NCBI RefSeq assembly: GCF_964194155.1
Contig: NC_135890.1
Span: 39,184,001 to 39,248,000, forward strand
Source: Cetorhinus maximus
Lineage: Eukaryota
Reading direction: 5' to 3'
DNA: 64,000 nt
Shown here: piece after piece, positions 47,201-62,200 of the stretch
How the letters are laid out: each line of letters starts with the position of its first letter
Numbering within the stretch: the stretch's first letter is position 1
Notes under the pieces: generated by a model
The model's database searches: none
Seen by the model: the letters and a program-made list of their open reading frames with translations, nothing else
What the model was told of the DNA's origin: nothing
Position numbers and translations under genes: made by a program

Positions 47201-50200
47201 AAAATGCAACCAAACATAAATTCCAAGGTGAGCTCGGTGAAGAAACTTTACTTGATTATACATTTAGCAGTTGTTCATAAGAGTTTCATACCAAATCATG
47301 ATTGAATCCCTGGCTGCAGCACTTTTCTGAAAATAATTATTTTAAAAATGTTTTGAACTACTTTTTATGTACAATTTTGATGAAAAAAAAGCATCTAATG
47401 CTAACCGACCTATTAAAATAACGTACTAAGTATAAGTAGGGCAATGGTGCACACCAAAACCAAACACATACCCTGTCAACTTTGTCACGAGATGTCCATT
47501 GATCAAATGGGCTTATTTCAAAGATCCTCGCCATAAGACTGTGGTAAGAGAATGACAGCCATTTACTAGATTAAAACCAAATTGGTCACGGTGCATGCAC
47601 AATATAACTATGTAACAACAACCTGATAAAGCCCATTGCACTGATTTATAGTGCGGTCTAATATAGTTTAATCTACAAACTTAGGTAGCTAACTCTTCGT
47701 TCCTTCATTCAAATCATTAAAACTTATGATGAAACACTGTTTAACTTAACATAAACTAAATGGTACAATTTTAAACAGAGTGCAGGAGGAGAGAGACCTA
47801 GAGATTCGTGTACACAACAGCAACTTGTATTTATACAAGGTAATAAAGCCTTCCTTATAGCAGCATTATCAAACAAATTTGACAGAAACACAGAGAGATG
47901 TCAAGGAAGTTGAGCAAAAGTTTGGTTAAAGAGGAAGGTTTCAAGGACCATCTTAAAGGAGAGGAGAGAGGCCGAGCGGCAACCAGGTTGGGGAGGGAAT
48001 TCCAGAGTCTAGGACTTTGGCAGCCAAAGGCACGGCTACCTATGGTGGAGCAACTAAAATTGGGGATGTGCATGAGGCCAGGACTAGAGGAGTGCAGATA
48101 TCTCGGAGGGTTGTGGGGCTGGAGGAGATTACAGAGATAGGGGGAGGCGAGGTCACAGGGGGATTTGAAACAATGAAGAGCATTTTAAAATCAAAGCATT
48201 GTTTAACTGGGAGTCAATGAAGGTCAGTGAGCACAAGGGTAATGGGCGAATGAGACTTGGTGTGAGTTAGTATACAGGCAGCAGAGGTTTCTATGAGTGC
48301 AAGTTTATGGAGGATTCAAGAGAGGTAGCAGAACATCGGATCGTCAAGTCTAGAAGTAAAAAAGGCATGAATCAAGGTATCAACAACAGATATGGTGAAG
48401 CAGTGTTCCAGGAGGTGGAAGTAGGTACTTTATGTTGTGGCACAGATATGTAGTCAGAAGCCCATCTGGGGTCAAATATGACATCAAGATTGCAAGCAGT
48501 CTGGTTCATTCTCAGAAAGTTGTCATGGAGAGAGATAGAGTTTGTGGGTAGGGGACAGGGAACAGTGTTCCTGGCAGGGAACTGAAAACAATGGCTTTGG
48601 TCTTTGCATATTTAGTTGGAGGAAATTTCTGTTCATCCAGTACTTGATCCAGTACACAAGTCTTTGAAGGTGGAAGGACAAACTGAGAAGGCTGTTAAAG
48701 GCATATGGGTAGAGAAGCAAGTTATTTTAAACCTTTATGAAACACTGATTAAGCCCCAGCGGGAATAATTTGGCCAGTTCTGCGCGCACATTCTAGCAGG
48801 GCTAGGTGGCTGGGTTGGGGGTGATGGTGGTAGGGCAGGAGAGAATATCAGGGCTTTGGGGAAGAGATTTACTCGAATGGTACCAGGAATGAGAGATTTC
48901 AGCTACAGAGAGGGTTCAGAAACGAAAGCTGTTCTCTTCGCAGCAGAGCAGGTTAGGCAGAGATGAACAGTTTTGATAGCATAAAAATGGAGAAACCATT
49001 TCCAAAGGCAGGACAGTTGGTAACCAGAGGAAACACAACACAATTAAAGGTGACATGAGGAAATTATTTTATTTTTTTTATTTTACACACAGCAAGTTGT
49101 TGTGATCGGGAATGCACGAACTGAAAGAGTTGGGAAAGCAGATTCAATAATAACTTTCAAAAGGGAATTGGATAAATACTTGGCAGGAGGAAAATGTGCA
49201 GAGTTATGGGGAAATAGAAGGGAAGTGGGTCTAATTAGATAGCTCTTTCAAAGAGGGGCACAGGCATGATGGGTCGAATGGTCTCCCTTCTGTGCTGTGT
49301 CATTGTCATTCTATGTTGTGACAGACATATACATGCAGGAATCAGAGGTATACTTAAACTCCACAAAAGACCTAGCAGTACAAGCGTTGTCAATGGGCAA
49401 GGTTAAACCAGTTAAAAGTGAAGAATGAGGAAGGAACAGGTCCTCCTGACCACCAGTTTAATTAGGTCAAGCAATTTTACTTAAGGGGGGGCCGGGCAAT
49501 GGGAAAGGATCAACATAAAAGCACTTATGAAAGCAGACACTATTTTTCCCGCATTTTGATGTCTGGGACAATTAGAAGGTTATGAAGACAAAAATGTGAC
49601 AATTTTATCTTAACAATAAATATGTTCCTCCAGTAGATCGTTTTGATCAGAACAAAATTGTACGGTCATGCAGCTTTCATTTACAAAATTTGTAAGTTTT
49701 GGGCAGTAAGTATATTGGCTAATACACATTAAATATATATCATATAATTTTAGTTTCATGCTTTAATTTCAGATTGCAGTGACCCACAGCTCGCTAGGTT
49801 GAATCCCCATCTGTACCAAGTTCCTTTTCTTAGACATGTCACTGTGGGAAACAGTGAATGATGGCTACAAATGTCTTTTTGAAAAAAGGGGGAAAGTGAG
49901 AATAAAATAAGAAAGCAAAAATAGTTGGAATGTAAGTCTTAACAAAGAATATTCACTTTCAAATTGGGTTGCTCAAAAGAAATGAAACAAGACTTAACTG
50001 TGCAATAAGGCTGGACTAGAACTCTCAGCGCAAATCTGGACAAGAGCCAGGGGCGCAGAGGGATGCACAGGAACATACTACAGTAAGCTTTTGCGCTTTA
50101 GAGGCACAAATGGCAGCTTTTAGAGTTGTTCCTGTCCTATAGCTACTTGGGAGCATCCTCTCCTCTCAACCACAGGTTAAGAGAAAATTGGATGACAGAG

Positions 50201-53200
50201 AGTAAAACTGGATGGTAACATCATTTCACTTTTGGATGCTGATGTCTCTACTGTGTATTCCATCGCTGTGACCTTATGGCTGGTACTTACTGATAGATAG
50301 GCCTTGGCAATGGGTATGGTATAAATGGTCTATGCATAACAGCATATACATATTTCACAAAGTCATGAAGAAGGTATCGATGGGGCCTGTTAAATAAAAA
50401 ATGTTTTTCAGTTTATGAACATGCAAACAGAAATATGTTTATAAGTCTTCAATCCATTACAACATTATGCAGACAAAAATGCATTTCCAATATGCTTAAT
50501 TTTGACCAAAATCAAATCAAATTTGATCAGTAACAGAACCAACCCAAATAATCATTTTTATAATAAGCTTAAGTCACGCAGGAATGTATAGAATTGCAAT
50601 CAATATTGTCAGTTCCAAAGTCAAATAGAATGACGCCATAGCCCAATGTTCCATCTGAGCTGCACACCTATGCAGCAACCCAAAAGTCTCCACGCAGGTC
50701 ACACCAGTGACTGAGCGTGTACAGTCGTGCAAGAAACTTTGAAGGGGCCATACACTTAAAACAAATCACCCATGCACTTCAAAATAAAACTACATAGTTA
50801 GTGGGTACGTTGCTGTAGTCCAACTTTTAGCTTCTTTATAGTTTGTGGCTAGTTGTAACAAAGCATAAATATAGATAGTTACTAATGTTAAAACTCTACC
50901 GACAATGCATGTTGATAAGGAAAAGGAAGGCCAAGCCTGCAGTCATGGGCCATAGTCACAGCAATATGGTGGCAGGAGGATAATTCATTAAAGTCAGATG
51001 TATTGGATATTTGGAACAGTAGGAATAGAAGGAAGATGCTCTACTGAACTGCAGGGAGAAGATAGAGGAAACAACAGGAGTAATGGTACATCAAAAACAT
51101 AAGAAGGAAGGGCAGGGTGATTCCATCCACACAGAATATTGCTAATGACTTTGACAAGGGCCATTCGTGATGCTGTGGACAGGACAGAAACCAGACTGAA
51201 GGGATATGAACAGAGAATGGTGATGTTTAAGGACTTAAGAATGAATGAAGGTCAAGTTGATAATTGGAAAGATTGAAAGGGTTCAGGGATGGACTTTTTG
51301 AAGACAAGGTGATAACAGTACTGTTAAAAGAAAGGATCAATGTCTGAAGAAAGGAAGAAATTGATGAAAAGCTCCAGGTCTGGGGGAAATCAAATATTGG
51401 GTCAAATAGGAAATAATTTTGGTGCGAGCTGGGAAGAATGAAGTGAGGTGAAGCTGCACAACAAAGGTTGGGGGCCTAAGAGTATGAGGAAGATGTGGGC
51501 AGGAAGAGCAGAAGTAAATGTTAACCTTACTTAAAACTTACCCAACTATAACATATGATTTTCCATTGGAATCAGGGTCTTTAATAGCAGCTATAATTGC
51601 TTTGGCCACATCCGCCACCTATTTATTAAGACAGAAAAAATACACTTGCATAACTGGTTAAAATAAAACAAACAATCAGAATCATAAGTACCAGCTAAAT
51701 AATTTAAAACAAATCAGAGAAGTTTCTAATGTACATACATATACAGGTTGCTTTACAGTCTTCATGCCCAAAGAAATAAGGGGTGTGGCATGTCCAAACC
51801 AGCGCAAGTCTAGGGGAAAAGAATTGCAACACTATTTAATTATATACTTGAAAATTAGTAAAACTTTGTACAAAACTTAAACTTCACGAGGGGCATGCAA
51901 TTCTTTTCTCATTATGATAATATGCAATTCACATATTTTTGACAATTCACTCTTCATGCCTTTACTACAAACATTTAATGGTATGATAAAATCATAGCAC
52001 TGTGATACTTAAAATACAGACTCTTCCTTTTTACTGTAGTTCCAATCCAGGTTCTTATTTCTAAAGTATTTATCCTCATATGGGCTGGGCTGTCTCCAAT
52101 GTCCTGAAGTGAAATGTAAGGAGGGATACTCGCCCTTTCCCTTGCCCTCCATAAGCTCTGAGCTCAACATCAATGGCTGCAGCACATAACTTTAAGTACG
52201 TCAATTTGTTCAATTTAGGCCTTTATTCTCAGTTAATATTTGCTGATTTTATATTTTCATAAATGTTGTATGTAATGTGTGCAAGATTAACTTTGCTCTA
52301 TTGTTATTAACCATTTAGCTCATGTGTCATGTACACTGGTATATAGTTTCATTCTGTATACAGAAAGGGCACCAATACAGATGTTGGTATTCTAATCCAG
52401 GATTTATCCATCAGTGAAGCAGCTTCACTAAAAACAGCCTTTCTAAGCCTTTAGCTGTTCACCATAGTGAATAAGAACTGAATGTTTAACACCGGGAAAA
52501 AGTCTACTATCACAAATTGTTTCTAAATTTACTGCACTGTAGTCATATCATAACTGAGTTTTGTCTAGCTACAGGAAATGGAAATCTGTATTGTACAAAA
52601 ATATACAAAAGTTAATTAATTCTCACAGATTTGTTAAAGGCAAATTGTATCCGATTAACTGGAGTGTAAAACTTTGAACAAGAATGCTGAAAGTTAGATC
52701 GGTTAGGAAATCTTATTCTCTTTCTAGAAATCTAATTTTGTTTGTATTTAAATTCTAAATTTCATCTAGGCTTATGCAGGGATAGACAAGCTCTCCACTG
52801 GAAAACAATTGAAATTAATTAAGAAAAACCTGTTTAAGCTAGTTTTCTGTAGCTGGGGCACAGCTGAGTCTTTAGCTTCAGAGCATATAAATACGGGCCA
52901 CACAGTGTGACTTTTAACAACAGTGTTGGGAGTTGGGTGAGAGAGGGAGTTAGGAGAAGAGGGAAAGGTGTGCTCCTTTGATTTTCTAACTTTTCACTGT
53001 AAAAATTGGTTCTTACTCTACCATAGGGGTGCTAGCTCGATGCTTGGTGGGTATCTGGTAAGTGGTTAAGGTCTATTCTATTCCTAAAGTTTAAAATAGT
53101 ACACAAATTGGTGGTAAGGTTAAGAAAATACATAAGGAAGGAAAATAATTGAGTAAAATAATTAAGTAGTTAATTAAAACACATTAAAAGGTGGCAGGTG

Positions 53201-56200
53201 ATGCGTCACAACTGCAGCCTGCAGGAGTTCCTGGATGCCATTGTGATCCAGGGCAATCACATCGCTAGTAAATGTTTATGGCTTGAGGAGCTTTGGCTCA
53301 GAGTCATTGAGATGGAGGCCAAGCTGCAGACATTGGGGTGCATCAGGGAGGGGGAAAGTTACCTGGACACTTTGTATCAGGAAGCGGTCACACCAATGGT
53401 CAGGGACAGGAGGCTGTGACTGTGACTGAGACAGGTAAGGGGACCCAGAGGGCAGGAGTGCAGCAGCCTCAGCCTTTGCCATTGTCCAATAGGTTTGAGG
53501 TACTTTCAGGCTGTTTGCATGAAAGTGAGGGCCGCAGAGTGGATGAACTGACTAGCCATGGCACAGGAAGCCATTCAAGTGGGGGGAGCAAAAAGGAATG
53601 TATGTAGTGATGGCAGGGGACAGTATTGTGAGAGGATTGACACTGTTCTCTGCAGCAAGAATGAGACACCAGACAGCTGTGTTGCCTGCCCGGTGCCAGG
53701 GTTCAGGACATCAGCTCAGGGCTGGAGAGGAACTTGGAGTGGGATGCGGAGGGGGAGGGGGAGGATCTGGTCATCATGGTCCATGTAGGTACCAATAATA
53801 CAGTCAGTACAAGAAAAAAGGTTCTGCACAGTCAGTATGAAGAGCTAGGCGCCAAATTAAGAAGCAGAACCTCAAATATAATAATCTCTGGATTATTTCC
53901 TGAGCCACGTGCAAATTCGCATAGGGCAAATAAGATTAGACAAATGAATGTGTGACTCAAAGACTGGTAGATGGGAATTCTGGTTCTAGGGAAAGTAGGG
54001 GCTGTACCATTGCGATAGTCTATACCTGAACAATGCTGGGACCAGTGTTCTCATGAGCTGTATAACTAAGGAAGTAGAGAGGATTTTAAACTAAATAAAT
54101 AGTGGCAGCAAGAGACCAAATGAGGGAAGATGTTGAGACAAGGCTAGAGAGAAAGGCACTAATATGGGAAATGATAAAAGACTGTGACAGGAAGGGATAG
54201 AGAGTACAAATCCAGGAGTAAATCAGCAGATAAGACTAGAGGTTACAAAAATAACAAAAAGACAAAACCAAAGGCTCTGTATCTGAATGCACGTAACATT
54301 CGAAACAAATCAGATGAACTGATAGCTCAAATGGAAAGAAGTACGTACAATCTGATAGCAATTAGAGACATAGCTGCAGGATGACAAAGACTGGGATCTG
54401 AATAATGAAGGGTACGTGACATTTAGGAAAGACAGGAAGCTAGGAAAAGGTGGAGGGGTGGCTCTGTTAATTAACGATGACTTTAGTACAATAGTGAGAG
54501 ATGGTCTAAGTTCAGGAAACCAGGATATGGAAGCGGTTTGGGTAGGGATGAGAAATGATAAAGGCAAGAAGTCACTTTTTGGAGTGGTGTACAAGCCCCC
54601 TAAGAGTACCCATACAGTAGGACAGAGTATAAAGGAAAAAGTAATAGCAGCTTGTCAGAAAGTTATGGGGACAATCATGGGGGATTTTAATCTACATACA
54701 GACTGGAAAAATCTGATGGGCAAATGAGGAAGAGTTCATAGAATGTTTTTGGGATAGTTTCCACATTCTGGAGCCAACCAGAGAGCAGGCTATACTAGAC
54801 CTGTCTTGTGCAATGAGATAGGATTAATTAATGACCTCATACAGAAGGCACCCCTAGGTAGCAGCGATCGTAATATGATTGAATTTTACATTCAGTTTTG
54901 AGGGAGAGAAGAATGGGCCCAAGACTGGCATTTTAAACTTAAATAAGGGCAATTATGAGGGCATGAAAGCAGAGCTAGCTAAAGTGAATTAGGCAAATTA
55001 GGTTAAGGGATAGGTCCATAGAGATGCAGTGGCAGACATTTAAAGGGATATTTCAGAATACACAAAATAGATACATTCCAACAAGAAAGAAAAATTCAAA
55101 GGGAAGAACCTACTATCAGTGGTTAACCAAAAAAATTAAAGATAGTATCAAATTTGAAGTAAAAGCATATCATTGCAGAAGGATGGGTGGCAAGTCATAA
55201 AATTATTAAAGAGGAAAAAAAATTAGAATACTAGATAAAGCTACCTAGAAATATAAAAACAGATTGTAGGAATTTCTACAGGCATTTAAAAATAAAAAAG
55301 CTAACAAAGTGAGCACTGGTCCTATAGAAAAAGTCTGGGGAATCAATAATAGAAAATAAGGAGGTGGCCAATGAATTGAACAGGTATTTGCATCGTCTTC
55401 ACTACAGAGGATACAAGTAACATCTCAGGAATAGCTGTAAATCAGGAAATGGAAGAGGGAAAACTCAAGAAAATTACAATCACCAGGGAAATCGTACTGA
55501 GCAAATTTTTAGAGCTGTAGACTGACAAATCCCTTGGTCCTGATGGACTTCATCCTAGGGTCTTAAAAGAAGTGGCTAGTGAGAAAGTTGGTGCATTGGT
55601 TTTAATTTTCCAAAATTTCCTAGACTCGGGGAAGGTTCCATTAGATTAGAGAAAATGTAACTCCTTTATTCAAAAATGGAGGGAAATGTTAGAAGGTATT
55701 ATTAAAGATGCTATAGCAGGGCACAAGGTAATCAGGCAGAGGCAACATGGTTTTGTGAAAGGAAAATCATGTTAACCAATTTATTGGAGTTCTTTGAAGA
55801 AGTTACATGTGCTGTGGATAAAGGGGAACCAATGGATGTACTGTAATAGATTTCTAGAAGGCATTTGATAAGGTGCCACATCAAAAGTTATTGTGGAAAA
55901 TAAAAGCTTATGGTGTAAGGGGTAACATATTGGCATGAATAGAAGTTTGGCTAGCTAACAGGAAACAGAGTGGGTATAAATGGGTCATTTTCTGGTTGGC
56001 ATTATGTAACAAATGGTGTGCCACAGGAATCAGTGCTGGGAACTCAACTTCTTACAATTTATATAAATGACTTAGATGAAGAGACCGAAGGTATGGTTGC
56101 TAAATTTGCTGATGATGCAAAGATAAGTAGAAAAGTAAGTTGTGTAGAGGACATAAGGAGGCTACAAGGGATAGAGATAGGTTAAATGAGCGGGCAAAGA

Positions 56201-59200
56201 TCTGGCAAACAAAGTATAATGTGTGAAAATGTGAAATTGTCTACTTTGGAAGGAACAATAAAAAAGCATATTATCTAAATGGTGAGATTGCAGAGCTGAG
56301 GTGCAGAGGGATCTGGGTATCCTAGTGCATGAATCACAAAAGGCTAGTATGCAGGTACAAGAAGTAATTAGGAAAGCAAATAGAAAGTTATCATTATTGC
56401 GAGGGGAATTGAAAACAAAGGTAGAGAAGTTATGCTTCAGTTATATAGGGCATTGGTGATACCACATCTGGAGTACTGTGTACAATATTGGTCTCCTTGT
56501 TTAAGGAAAGAGGTAACTGAGTTGGAAGCAGTTCAGAGGTTTACTGGACTAATACCTGGAATGGGAGGCTTGTCTTAAGAGGAAAGGTTGAACAGGCTAG
56601 GCTTGTATCCGCTGGAGTTTATAAGAGTAACAGGCGACTTGAGTGAAACATAAGATCTTGAGGGGTCTCGACAGGGTGGATGTGGAAAGGATGTTTCCTG
56701 TTGTGGGAGAATCTAGAACTAGGGGTCAGTGTTTAAAAATAAGAGGTCGGCCATTTAAGACACAGATGAGGAGAATTTTTTTTCTTTCAGGGTATCGTGA
56801 ACCTCAAAAGGCGGTGGAAGCAGAGTCTTTAAATATTTTTCCAGCAGAGCTAGATAGAGTTTTGATAAGCTAAGGGGTGAAAGGTTATCGGGGTAGGTGG
56901 GAACATGGAGTTAAGGTTACAATCAGATCAGCCATGATCTTATCGAATGGTGGAGCAGGCCTGAGGGGCCAAGTGGCCTGCTCCTTCTCCTGATTTGAGT
57001 TCTCTGATGAAATAATAGAAGGTTGAAGGTAGTGAAATAGATGTATATATGGACTTTCAAAAAGCATGATACAAGTAACATCTCAGGAATAGCTGTAAAT
57101 CAGGAAATGGAAGGGGGAAAACTCAAGAAAATTACAATCACCAGGGAAATCGTGCTGAGCAAATTTTTAGAGCTATCGACTGACAAATCCCTTGGCCCTG
57201 ATGGACTTCATCCTAGGGTCTTAAAAGAAGTGACTAGTGAGAAAGTTGGTGCATTGGTTTTACAAACCACTGAAATAGAAGCACAGTATCAAAGGAACAG
57301 CGTTAACTTGGGTGTGTAACTGGCCCAGGGACAGGAAGCAGAGAATAATAATGAATTGATGTTTTTCTGACTGGACAGAAGCATGTAGTGGGGTCAGTAT
57401 TAGGACCATTGAGTTTCTTATAATATATAACTTGGGAGTGGTGAGTACAATTTTGAAGTTTGCAGATGATACAACATTTGGCAATATAGTAAACAGTGAA
57501 CAGGATAGCAACAGAATTCAAGAGGCCATAGAGACTGGCAAAATGAGCAGACGCAGATGCCATTTAATACGGTTAAGTGTGAAGTAATGCACTTTCATAA
57601 GAACATGGAGGAGGAGTATAATTCAAACAGTACTATGCAAGTAGGTGGTGGTGGGCCACCTTCTTGAATACAACTGAATGGTTTGTTGGGCCATTTCAGA
57701 TGGCAGTTACGAGTCAACCACCCTGTTCTGGGTCTGGAGTCACATATAGCTTAGACTGGGCAAGTACAGCAGAATAATTTCCCTAAAGGAAGTAAGTGAA
57801 CAAGATTTTTTTTTAATGACAATCCTGTAGTTTCATATTCACCATTATATTAGCTTTTTATTAGTTCACATATTAGCTTTTTATTCCAGGTTTATTTAGT
57901 AAACTGAATTTAAATTCCTAGCTGCCATGGTGGGATGTGAACTCCTGTCTCCGTTTTAACAGTCTGGGCCTCTGGATTCGTAGGCCAGTAACAAAGGGTA
58001 AGTTAGCCTAGTGGCTGTCTGAGATGGTTAAGGAAGGTATTCAAAACTGAGGTCTTTTGTAGAGAAACTAAGGAGAAACTGTTTCCTTTGGCAAGTGGAT
58101 GAGTAACCAGAGGTCATAGATTTTTAAAAAGTGGCAGCAGGGGGAGAATTTTTCCTCATACAAAGGATTGTTAGGATCTGCAACGCACCACTTGAAAGGT
58201 GCAATCAGATTCCATAATAATTTTCAAAAGGCAATTGGACATTTATTTGAAGGGAACTAATCTGCACATTTTGAAAGAAAAAGGAGTGTGAGATTACATA
58301 CAAACAAAAATTAGGAGCAGGAGGCGGCCACTCGACCCCTTGAGCATGCTCCATCATTCCAATAAGATCAGGGCTAATCTGATTGCAGCCTCAACTCCAC
58401 ATTCTGCCTACTCCCGATAACCTTTGACACCCTCGTTAGTCAAAAATCTCTCTACCTTAAAAATATTAATTGACCCGGCCTCCACCGCTCTCTGGGGAAG
58501 AATGTTCCAAAGTTTCACGATCCGCTGACCAGAAAAAAATTTCTTCTCATTTCCATCTTAAATGGGAGACCCCCTTATTTTTAAGCTGTGTTCCATAGTT
58601 CTAGAATCTCTCACAAGGGGGAACATCCTTTCAGCATCCACCCTGTCAAGTCCCCCGAGTGTCTTATATGTTTCAAATAAGATTACCCCTTATTCATCTA
58701 AACACCAATGGAAACAGACCTAACCTTTCCTCGTAAGATAACCTCCCCCCTCATCCCAGCTAGTCAGATGAACCTTCTCTGAACTGCTTTTAGCTCATTT
58801 ATATCCTTTCCTAAATAAAGGAGGCCAAAACTGTACACAGTTCTCTAGACGTGGTCTCACCAACACCCTGTATACTTGCAACAAAACATCCCTACTTTTA
58901 TATTCCATTCCCCTTGCAATAAGCGACAACATTCCATTTGCCTTCCTGATCACTCACTGTACCTACATACTAACTTTTCCTGATTCATGTACCAGGACAC
59001 GCAGATCCCTCTGTAACTCTGTTCTGCAATTTCTCTCTATTTAAATAATATGCTGTTTTTCCATCCTACCTGCCAAAGTGGACAAGTTCACATTTTCACA
59101 CATTTTACTCCATCCACCAAATTTTTGCCCACTCACTTAACTGATCTGTGTCCCTTTGCAGGCTCCTGATGTCCTCTTCACAACTTACTCTCCTACCTAT

Positions 59201-62200
59201 CTTTGTGTCATCAGCAAACTTAGCAACCATACAGTTGGTCCCTTCATCCAAGTCATTGATATAAATAGTAAATAGTTGACGCCCAGACACTAATCCCCGT
59301 GGCACCACAGTTATCACATCTTGCCAACCCGAAAACGGCTCATTAATGCCTACCCTCTGATTCCTGTTAGCTAACCAATCTTCTATCTGTGCTAATATGT
59401 TACCCCTTACACTATGAGCTCTTATTTAGTGTAGTAACCTTTGATGTGGCACCTTGTCAAATGCCTTCTGGAAATCTAAGTACAGGTTCCCTTTCATCCA
59501 TGTTGCTTGTTACTTCCTCAAATAACTACAATAAATTAGTAAAACATGATTTCCCTTTCACAAAACCATGTTGACTCTACCTGATTGCATTGAGATTTTC
59601 TAAGTGCCCCTTCATAACCTCCTTAAGAATAGATTCCAGCAATTTCCACAAGACTGATGTTAAACTAAATGGCTTATAGTTTCTGCTTTCTGTCTCCCTC
59701 CTTTCTTGAATAGAGGAGTCACATTAACTATTTTAGAATCTGATGGGATCTTTCCTGAATCTAGGGAACATTGGAAAATTAAGACCAATGCACCTACTAC
59801 CTCAGCAGCCTCTTCTTTTAAGACCCTAGGATGAAGTTCATCAGGGCCTGGGGACCTATCAGCTTTTAGTTCTAATAATTTTCTCAGTACCCTTTCCCTG
59901 TTTTCAGTTCCTCCCTCCCTTGCACCTCCTGATTCACAATTATTTTTGGGATGTTATTTAAATTCTCTCCAGTGAAGACAGGTGCAAAATATCTGTTCAA
60001 TTCATCCATCATTTCCTTGTTTTCCATTATTAATTCCACATTCTCACTCTATATAGGGCCAATGCTCACTTTATTTACTATTTTTCTTTTTAAATACCTG
60101 TAGAAACTCTTACTATCTGTTTTTACAATTCTAGCTAGCTTTCTCTCATACTCTAATATCTCCCTCCTTATTAATCCTTTAGTCATTCTTTGCTGTTCTT
60201 TATATTCTGTCCAATCTTCTGACCTGCCAGCCATCTTTGCGCAATTATATGCTTTTTCCTTCAATTTGATACTATCTTTAACTTCTTAGGTAGGCGTAGA
60301 TGGTGCGTCCTTCTCTTAAGAGTGCTCCTCTCTCACTGGAATGTAACTTTTGAGCATTTAGAAATATCTCCTTAAATGTCTGCCACTGCATCTCTACTGA
60401 CCTATCCCTTAAACTAATTTCCCAGTTCACTTTAACCAGCCCTGTCTTCATGCCCTCATAACTGCCCTTACTTAAGTTTAAAGCACTAATCTTAGATCCA
60501 CTCCTTTTTCCCTCAAACTGAATGTGAAATTTAATCATATTATGATCACTGCTACCTAGGGGCATCTTCACTACGAGGTCATTAATTAATCCCGTCTGAT
60601 TGTACATTACTAGGTCTAACGTAGCCTGCTCTCTGTTCAGTACTAAAACGCGCTGCTCTAAGAAACTGTCCCAAAAACACTATGAACTCATTATCCAGGC
60701 TAACTTTGCCAATCTGATTTGTCCAATCTATTTGTAAGTTAAAATCACCCACGATTATCACCATACCTTTCTCACAAGCCCCCATTATTTCTTCCTATAT
60801 GCCCCATTCTACAGTGTGGCTACTGTTAGGAGGGGGGGGGAGGCTATAAACCACCCGTACACGTGACTTCTTACCTTTACTATTTCTCAACTCTACCCAA
60901 ATTGATTCTACCTCTTGATCTCCAGAACCAAGATCATCACTCTATATGATACCAATGTCATCCTTAATTAACAGAGACATCCCACCACCTTTTCCTAGCT
61001 TCCTGTCCTTCCTAAATGTCATGTGCCCTTGAATATTAAGGTCCAAGTCTTAGCCATTACAGGGACATGGCTGCAGGATGACAATCAGTTCATACATATT
61101 TATTTCTATGATTCTGTAGGAAAAAGGGTCTATTGCTTCCAAGTAAAATACCAGCCTACATATTTCTAATTCAAAAGATGAATAGACATTCAAAGCACCA
61201 TATGCTTACAAAAAGGTTCTTACTTGCAAAATAATTTAGCAATTTGTCTTCTCTTCCAAATATTTCAGATGGCTTGATGATGATGGAATCTGGGAATTCT
61301 TCTCTCACAACCTTTTCTCCAACAGCCTGCCAGAAAAGATTCAGAACAAACGCATTTCCATTTTGCTCTGTGCACTTTGCTACTAATACATAGGGCTTTT
61401 AACTTTTGGAGGTCCCATGGAGGTTCTTACCTTTGTTCTTAGAAACTTTGAAATGCTCTTCATGTGAGCATTCAAGTGAGAAACATGGATTAATTTTTCA
61501 ACTCCGGCTTCCCTGGATGCATGAGCAATATCCTGTGGAATTTTGACATGGACATCCTCAAACTTGAAGTTCCTAATAGAAAGAAAAGGATTTAACCACT
61601 GATCACAAAACAAAGAAAAACACTCTGGAAAAATGCAATATTTTTGGCAGTCAATGTCAAATACTCCCAAGTCTAGATGGAGAGTAATGTTCACCTATGG
61701 GGAGGAGCGGATATAAACAGAGTTTGTGGTGGAGGTGAAAGATGTCCAATATGCTCCAATGTTGGAGGCAATTTAGGTCATTTAAGATTGAAGGCCTGAC
61801 AAGCAGTCTAACAACACAAGGCATGAAGGGGTCAAGGTGGTTGTGGTGAAGTAGAGTTGGGCATCATCAGCATCTGCAGGGAAGCTGACCCCATATTTGT
61901 AGTTAATGTAGTTAATAAGGGGAAGTCTTCTGCCTTCATGGGTAAATTGGTTATTAGAATTTTATTCTAAATGTAGTATCTGAAATTAAACATTAGAGAT
62001 TGGAAACTCAGCATCCAGAGAAATTATGGGCACAATTTTGGTAATTTTGTCTTTGTGTGATGGTGTAAAATGGGTGATGGCCAATCGGCAGTCTGTATTA
62101 TATATATCTCAATTTCAGGAGATGTGTGTCAACTGTGATTCAGTTGGTAGCACTCTCACCTCTGAGTTAAAATGTTGAGAGTTCAAGTCCCACTTCAAGA

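Noticed and set aside
62126-62200. tRNA genes suggested by A/B boxes (also at 2184, 2534, 44427 and 46294)
   Set aside because: These are SINE heads followed by SINE bodies, with no complete cloverleaf.
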